Shown: positions 29,606 through 36,296 of the stretch, piece after piece
Numbering within the stretch: position 1 is the stretch's first letter
How the letters are laid out: each line of letters opens with the position of its first letter
Source: Octopus sinensis
Taxonomy: Eukaryota
NCBI RefSeq assembly: GCF_006345805.1
Contig: NW_021826253.1
Location: 1 to 36,296, forward strand
Direction of reading: 5' to 3'
DNA length: 36,296 nt
Program-made: the position numbers and the translations under genes
Notes under the pieces: generated by a model
What the model saw: the letters and a program-made list of their open reading frames with translations, nothing else
The model's database searches: none
Told to the model about the DNA's origin: nothing

Positions 29606-32600
29606 ATGGCAACACCATATCGATTACCGTCCAATTACATGAGACAGCAAGGCAATTCTGGCAGACACTTTGTTGGACGACATGATGAGAGGGAAAAACT
29701 GAAGATCTTGATCAAGGATGAAGATACTCAAATAATACAAATTTATGGACTGCCTTATGTTGGCAAAACAAGTCTTGTGAAAACTGTAAGAAATTTACTA
29801 TTGTTTTCTCTTTTCCTTTTACGTTAACCTTATTGCATTTTGCCTTTCTGTAGGTTATTAGGGATCCTTGAGGTTTTACAGTTAAGTTACTGACTAAAGA
29901 GAAAAGCATTTCTGGTTCAATCCCATACAATGGCAGTCACTGAAGTCTTTGCAACGTTTGGTGAGTTGATGGTTGACCTCTGATCAAAGGTATTTCTCTT
30001 GTAACCATTCTGTCTATGGCAAAGATTATATTATTTAATGTATCCTGTTCTATGTTATGAAGAAGATGGGCAGTTTGGGAGAGGTTTGACTGCTTTATAT
30101 ATTATGTATGTAAGTGAGTGGGTGGGTAGGTAGGTAGGTAGGTAGGTAGGTAGGTAAGTAGGTAGGTAGGTAGGTAGGGAGGTATGCAGGTAGGTAGGTA
30201 GGTAGGTAGGTAGGTAGGTAGGTAGGTAGGTAGGTAGGAAGGTAGGTAGGTAGGTAGGTAGGTAGGTAGGTAGGTAGACAGGCAGGTAGGTAGGTACGTA
30301 GGTAGGTATGTAGGTAGGTAGACAGGCAGGTGTGTATATGTGTGTTTGTGTGTTTGTGTTTATGCTTGTATGCATCTGTGAGCGTGTGTATATTTGCATC
30401 TCCTCGGCTTGACATTGTAGATTTCTTGTAAATAAATGTCGTTAACTTCCAATATTACATGGAAATTTCCTATAGAGAAATATTTCCTTGGAAACAAGTA
30501 AGTTTGGTTTCCGGAGGGGGTGCATCTGGCTGTAGAGAGTCTGTCAGTTTGACTGAAAACTGGTAAGCTGGGGAGCTGCACCAGGTTCCACTCTAATTTG
30601 ACATGGTTTCTACAGATGGGTGCCCCTCCTAACACCAACCACTGCAAGAGTGTAAGGGGTGTTTTTTACGTGCCAGTTACGAAACCCCAGCATCAGCCCT
30701 GACTACGACTTCACTTGACTTGACAGATCTTCTCAAGCACAAGAATAATTGATTGATAGACAGAGAGTGAGAGAGATGTAGATGAAATAAGAGATGGATT
30801 GTAAAAGAGATAAAGCAACTGTGTAATTAATAGAAAGATAATTAAAGAGATAGAATGGCAAAGTGACAAACTGGTATCCAGAAAGGTACTTAGGCAAACT
30901 GTAAGGTGAATATGAAGGAATATAAAGGATACCCTGAACTAATGCATAGACAAAAGAATAGACAAAGAGACAGTTATTGAGAGAGAATTATAAAGTCAGA
31001 CAGAGAAAGAGACAAACTCAGAGACCGATAAATTGATGAGTGAATCTATGGAAATCTTTGAACTTGTTCTAATGTTATGTTTCTAATATGACAGGTCTGT
31101 GAAGAATTGAAGGATGAAATCAACCCCGAAAGACTCCACATAAAACACATCCATATTTCTAATAATAGCAGTTGGTCTGATATTTCCAACATGTACAATA
31201 CATTCACCAATTGTTCCACTATCACCAATACGAAATGGAAAATTTGTATTTTTGATGATTTCCAGAACATTCAAGAAAGCTTCCTTCCAGGTTTCAAGAA
31301 CCTTTGTGACAATGACTTTCCACTGCACAGATATCTAAAAATCATTCTCATATTAAGTGGTGGAGAACCATTTCAATTTGATGGAATCAGGTTTGGAAAG
31401 TGTAAAGTGAGTCCATTGTCCATTAGAGATGCACAGCTTCTTTTCGGTCGCTGTTCAGACATTGAGACGGATGATGAGAACAAAGAACAAATACACAACA
31501 TCATCAGATATGCCTGTGGCCTGCCAGGACTTCTTATTTACTTTGCAGAAAAAATCTCCCAGTTTCGTCATAATTTCTCTTTTAATGATATCTGCAAAAT
31601 GATTTGTGATGAAACCAAGCTCAATGACTGGCTGGACGAATGTACAATTAACAGACGTAATATTAAGCAAGAAATGGACAAGTACTTTTCTCAACTCTCT
31701 CACGAACAGCAAGATGCTATCAAAGTGCTTTCATATTTTCCTGGAAGATTTGGTATTGAGGAAGCTGTTGAAATGACTGGTTCTTCTAGTCAACCAGCTT
31801 CCAAGACGCATGTTTTGATGCCACTTGTCGAACAAGGTTTGATCAGTTCAGATTTAGAATTACAGAATTTCCAAGTACAAGAATTAATACGTGCAATTAC
31901 TAAACAACAGATTGTCAATGTACACAGCAATGATTTGGTAAAGCTCAAATATACAAACATTATTGGGAAAAGTCTGATGAAGGCTCAAGATATTTATGAT
32001 AAAGGCCTCATATATGAAGCACTCGGAATAATGAACAACAACTGGGAAAATATTTCGTTTCTAATGAAGAAAGGGATTGAAGCACCCTCTGATGGTAGGA
32101 CATATGGAGTTTATTATGAGGTAAGATATTTTGTCCTTAACAAGGTGTCTTGTATCTTGTGTTGTAAGTCAGTCTTTCATATGTCGCATTTTAGTTTAAC
32201 CTGTGTTATATCTTCCCACATCTTTACCATTGGTTCTCAATTAAGGGCCATATGGCCCAGGGGGTCCATATAAGAGTCTGCTGTTGTTAAAATATATCAG
32301 CAAGAAATTGGTTATACTTCGACAATACACAAAATATTTCAATAATTTTTTAATACAATTATTTATAATATTTAATTACAAAAATATGTGAATTTTTTAA
32401 ACATCAAATGTCTAGGATGGTCCAATAGAGTAGAATAGCAATCAAAGGGGTCTATAGGTAAAAAACGGTTGAGAAACCCTGTTGTAAGCTCAGCTTAGTG
32501 TCTATTCTGCCCCTTCTTACAAATCCTTTTTTGTTACATTTTATTATGTCTTGTATTACATCTTATTTGGGGTTTTTTCTGTTACATCTTAATCTGCACT

Positions 32601-33946
32601 CCAGCTACCTTGGACTAAGTGTCACTCAGAATATATTAGGTCAGACTCACTGTAGTTCATCAAACTCAGCCTCTTTGACAGTTTCAGTCTATCCTACTTT
32701 CTGTCTGTTCAGATCTGAGTCTGACTCAGTATATCACGTATCAGACCTCATTTGGTTAGTTGATCTGAGACTCAACTGACCTCAACTGTCATGGTTTTAG
32801 GGTTTGTCAACAATGAAGGACATGTTATGCCTCCTTACTTTTTTCCACAAGGCCTTAAAGTTAACTCTGCCACCTACTTTGGGGTCCTGGAAATAATTGT
32901 TAAACCCTGGATAGACTGTGTATGTAATGGAAAGCCATATGTGTTTCAGTAAGACTCTGCACTATCACACATGGCTCTAGAAACACAGAAATGGATGGTT
33001 GAAAATTTTCACGATCACATTTTGCCTCCGAATTCCCCAGATCTCAATCCATTGGATTTTTACATGTGGAGTGTTGTTGAGAGAGAGAGCTCAATGAACA
33101 TGCCTATAACGCCAAAGATTCTTTGAAAGCTGCCATAGTTAGAGTAATGTCCAAAATGAACCAGGACCACTTGATTCGAGCATGTAGGTGATTTAGATCT
33201 CATATAGAAGCATTTGTTGAAGCTGAAGGTGGGTTTATTGAATAACATTAAAGAAAAGAAGTTTCATTTTTATCCTCATAGCATTTTTTGATACATGAAG
33301 TTATTATCTGTTATTATATATCTGGTATTTTTTTATAAACATAAATCTTTCCTCAAATATCTTACGCGCCCTATTTATTGGCTCTGAGTATGCTATGTTG
33401 CATTAAATTTTTACTCTTATGAAATTATGATCCCTATATTTTACAAATAAGATATTTTTTTTACTATCAAATTTTTGTTTCCTAGATATGAAATTGTGAC
33501 CATGTACATTTTAAATGTAATTTTTTCTGTTTATGGGGAAAATATGTGGATATTTATTTTATGACGGTTGTGCAGTGAGTCTAAAAAATTGTGCATAAAG
33601 TATATAAAGTATATATACATACATACACACACACACATAAAATAATATGTGACAATAACTCGGTAGCCAGAATAAAACTCTGAGTTTCGGATGCCGAGGT
33701 GGAAATCCACACCACCATCTCTTCAGTTATCCGGCCATCTGAAAAATGGCCAGATAACTGAAGAGATTTTTCCGATGGCCGGATAACTGAAGAGATGGTG
33801 GTTTGGATTTCCACTTCAGCACCCGAAACTCAGAGTTTTATTCTGGCTACCGAGTAATTGACACATATTATATTTACAGATAAATTCCTCTATTTACATA
33901 ATATTGATGTCCCTTTCTTTCTTTTGTTATCTTACCGTTTTTATCA

Positions 33947-34017
<71 letters not shown>

Positions 34018-34847
34018 ATATATATATATAATGCATTACATAATCGTCGTATTCCAATTTCCTTCATTTTTCAATGAATAGCAGATGAGTGACTATCCTC
34101 AGACACGACACAGGATACGCTTTCAGGATTTTGGGATAAAGTTTTCAGGAATAACCCAATAGGTTTACTATTAATTCTGTGAAGTATTCATGGGTCCCGC
34201 TAGTTATTATTATTAATGTTATTCAAGGAGTAAGCTAGCAGAATCGTTAGCATGCTGGACAAAATGCTTAGCGACATTTCATCCGTCTTTACATTCTGAG
34301 TTCAAATGCTGCGGAGGTCAGCTTTGCTTTTCATCCTTTCAGGGTCAATAAATTAAGTACCAGTAAAACACTGGGGTCGATGTAATCGATTAGGCACCTT
34401 CCCCAAAATTTCAAGCCTTTAATAGAAAGAATTATTATTATTATTATTATTATTATTTCCCTGGGGCAGTAAAGATTTGAAATCATTAATATTTTTCAGA
34501 AAAAAATTGATTTCATATTTTGGCACAAGGCTAGCAATTTCTGGGAAGAGGAAAATTGATTTGAACTCAGAACACGAAGACAGACAAAATGCCACCAAGC
34601 ATTCTGTTTAGTGTGCTAATGGTTCTGCCAGCTCACCACATTATTTCTACAGACAAAATATTAACACATGTTACTGTCTTTGTCTTTTAGATAACATTAA
34701 AAGCCTCAAATATATTGATGCTGTGTCACCCTAGAGATTCAAGACAGTTTTTCCAAGCATGTCTACAAAACTCCCTGTTATTTGGTAATGAAGAAGAGCA
34801 AGCTTTTATGAATAAAGCATATGGTGTATCATTGACAGATTTACCAG
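29606..34847 (+). CDS. Copy 2: tandem paralog of the STAND-TPR gene, exons 1-3 visible (29606-29785, 31095-32120, 34691-34847)
   Basis: Same exon lengths (180/1026/157), same splice sites, no stops or frameshifts; hand count of 44 substitutions in 1363 nt versus copy 1; downstream exons not seen in the window. Confidence 0.85.
30121..30330. repeat. (GGTA)n microsatellite in intron 1, copy 2
   Basis: Directly visible. Confidence 0.95.
32228..32481. mobile_element. hAT-type MITE (CAGTGGTTCTCAA-like TIRs)
   Basis: cattggttctcaa ... ttgagaaaccctg; no matching 8-bp TSD seen; only its left ~50 bp survive in copy 1 (7435-7482). Confidence 0.55.
32788..33315 (+). mobile_element. Tc1/mariner-superfamily (maT/DD37D-like) transposase fragment with right end
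   Basis: [26 protein letters not shown]...YVFQ*DSALSH...[12 protein letters not shown]...[17 protein letters not shown] (stop at 33243-33245). Confidence 0.8.
33643..33870. repeat. Inverted repeat with ~97-bp arms
   Basis: 33643-33739 versus 33774-33870; the spacer contains an extra partial arm copy. Confidence 0.9.
34225..34435 (+). mobile_element. Family A SINE in intron 2 of copy 2
   Basis: aaggagtaagctagcagaatcgttagc...ctttcatcctttcagggtcaataaattaagtaccag. Confidence 0.75.
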
Positions 34848-35599
34848 GTATGATATGACTATGATGTGTCGTAAGTTTTATCGTAATAATTCCAATGAGC
34901 ACTCTACGTCTTATCTCTATTCTTTCTCTCTCTATTGTTCTTCCTTTCTTTTTTCCCTTCCACTTGTTCCCTATTCTTCTCCTCTACCCTTCACCATTCG
35001 CCCTCTCTCTCCCTCTTCTTCTTTGACACTCGTTGCTCACACGTGACCAATGGCTATCTATCTTTCTTTCTTCCACTTCCTTCCTAAAGACAAGATATGC
35101 ATTTGCCTGTCTATTCTGAAAGCTCGTTTTTCCAGCGTTTCCCACGTCGCATTGTCTTGGCTTAGCAGCCCTCACCATTTGTTTTTACTGTTTTGTTCTT
35201 GCTGTCCTGGTTTTGTTAGAACTTTAACCCTCCGCAAAAAATCTCAAAACTTATCTAATTTGCTTTGTGGTAAGGACTGTTTCAATGAAGTCACATCTTG
35301 TCCCTACCTTCGAAACATGGAACAACTGTTGAGGGGAATGTTCTTTATGTTGCCTGTCTCGTTTCTCTATTTATTTCTTTTGTTCTTTAAAACAACTTCG
35401 CTTTCTATGGTTTTGCTTTTTTCTGTTCTCGTTTCTCATTTTGTTCCCGTTCTTTTGATGTCCTGTAAACATAAATGCATGTATATATGCATATATATGT
35501 AGGTATGTACATATATGTACTTATACATGCGTATATTTATATTTTATTTATATTATTATATGATCAAACACCACACATCCATTTCCAAGTAAGTTTTAC

Positions 35600-35633
<34 letters not shown>

Positions 35634-35664
35634 TATATATATATATATGTATGTGTGTGTGTGG

Positions 35665-35710
<46 letters not shown>

Positions 35711-36032
35711 GTGTGTGTGATTGTGTATAGAGAATATATTAATAAAAGGAATTCCAACCTTGTCTGATTTTCACGTTTTATTTACAATCTTATAATGATA
35801 TATTATAAGATAATATATTATAATAGAATAAAATAAAATAAAATAAAATAGTAGAATGTTAAATGTTTATTCTGATTGAACTAGTACTTTCATGCATTAA
35901 ATTCTGCAATCTTCAGGTTCTGTAGTAGTGGTGATAGTCATGCTTCACAATTTTTGACTGTAACAAGATGATTGATTCTGTGCTATAAATACAGCTGGGT
36001 AGGCTCCAGAGTGCTAGGTTTTGCAAACTGTA

Positions 36033-36296
36033 TTCTGACCAATCAGTGTGTAGTGTCACTCAATTACTTAAGCTGATTGGTTGGTTGAGCTGATTGGTTT
36101 AGGCGTCACGCTTTGTTGAACATGTCAAGAGTCCTGTATCTTAACTTTTCTAAAAATAGTCCAACAATTGTTGCCTCGCCCAGGGTTAAGATACAGGACT
36201 CTTGACATGTTCAAAAAGCGTGACGCCTAAACCAATCAGCTCAACCAACCAATCAATTTAAGTAATTGAGTGATACTACACACTAATTGGTTAGAA
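36033..36296. repeat. Inverted repeat with >=112-bp arms, cut by the window end
   Basis: 36033-36145 versus 36185-36296, about 6 differences, 39-nt spacer. Confidence 0.9.

Noticed and set aside
35050-35502. 150-aa hydrophobic ORF resembling a membrane protein
   Set aside because: Arises from T/C-rich low-complexity sequence; no recognisable motif or splice context
36150-36159. Perfect MEF2-type site CTAAAAATAG in the hairpin spacer
   Set aside because: A single AT-rich 10-mer is readily expected by chance in this composition

Overview
AT-rich, microsatellite- and SINE-dense eukaryotic DNA. The repeat content points to a cephalopod, most likely Octopus (inference). The main content is a + strand, 10-coding-exon gene (4612-22417) that I assembled by hand from GT-AG junctions, with all intron phases consistent, giving an 858-aa protein. 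It has an N-terminal STAND NTPase of NB-ARC/APAF-1 type (FVGR, Walker A GLPYVGKT, Walker B ICIFDD, CGLP, winged-helix SYFP and an MHD-position VQE) followed by about 7 TPR-like repeats. This is an NLR-like architecture with no evident N-terminal effector domain. A roughly 97% identical tandem paralog starts about 25 kb downstream (exons 1-3 visible, 29606-34847). Introns and intergenic DNA hold a decayed Gypsy pol, several mariner/maT elements and MITEs, a deleted Helitron with both termini, LINE fragments, at least five SINE families, several long hairpins, a 19-bp minisatellite and many simple repeats. No RNA genes or CRISPR arrays were found.
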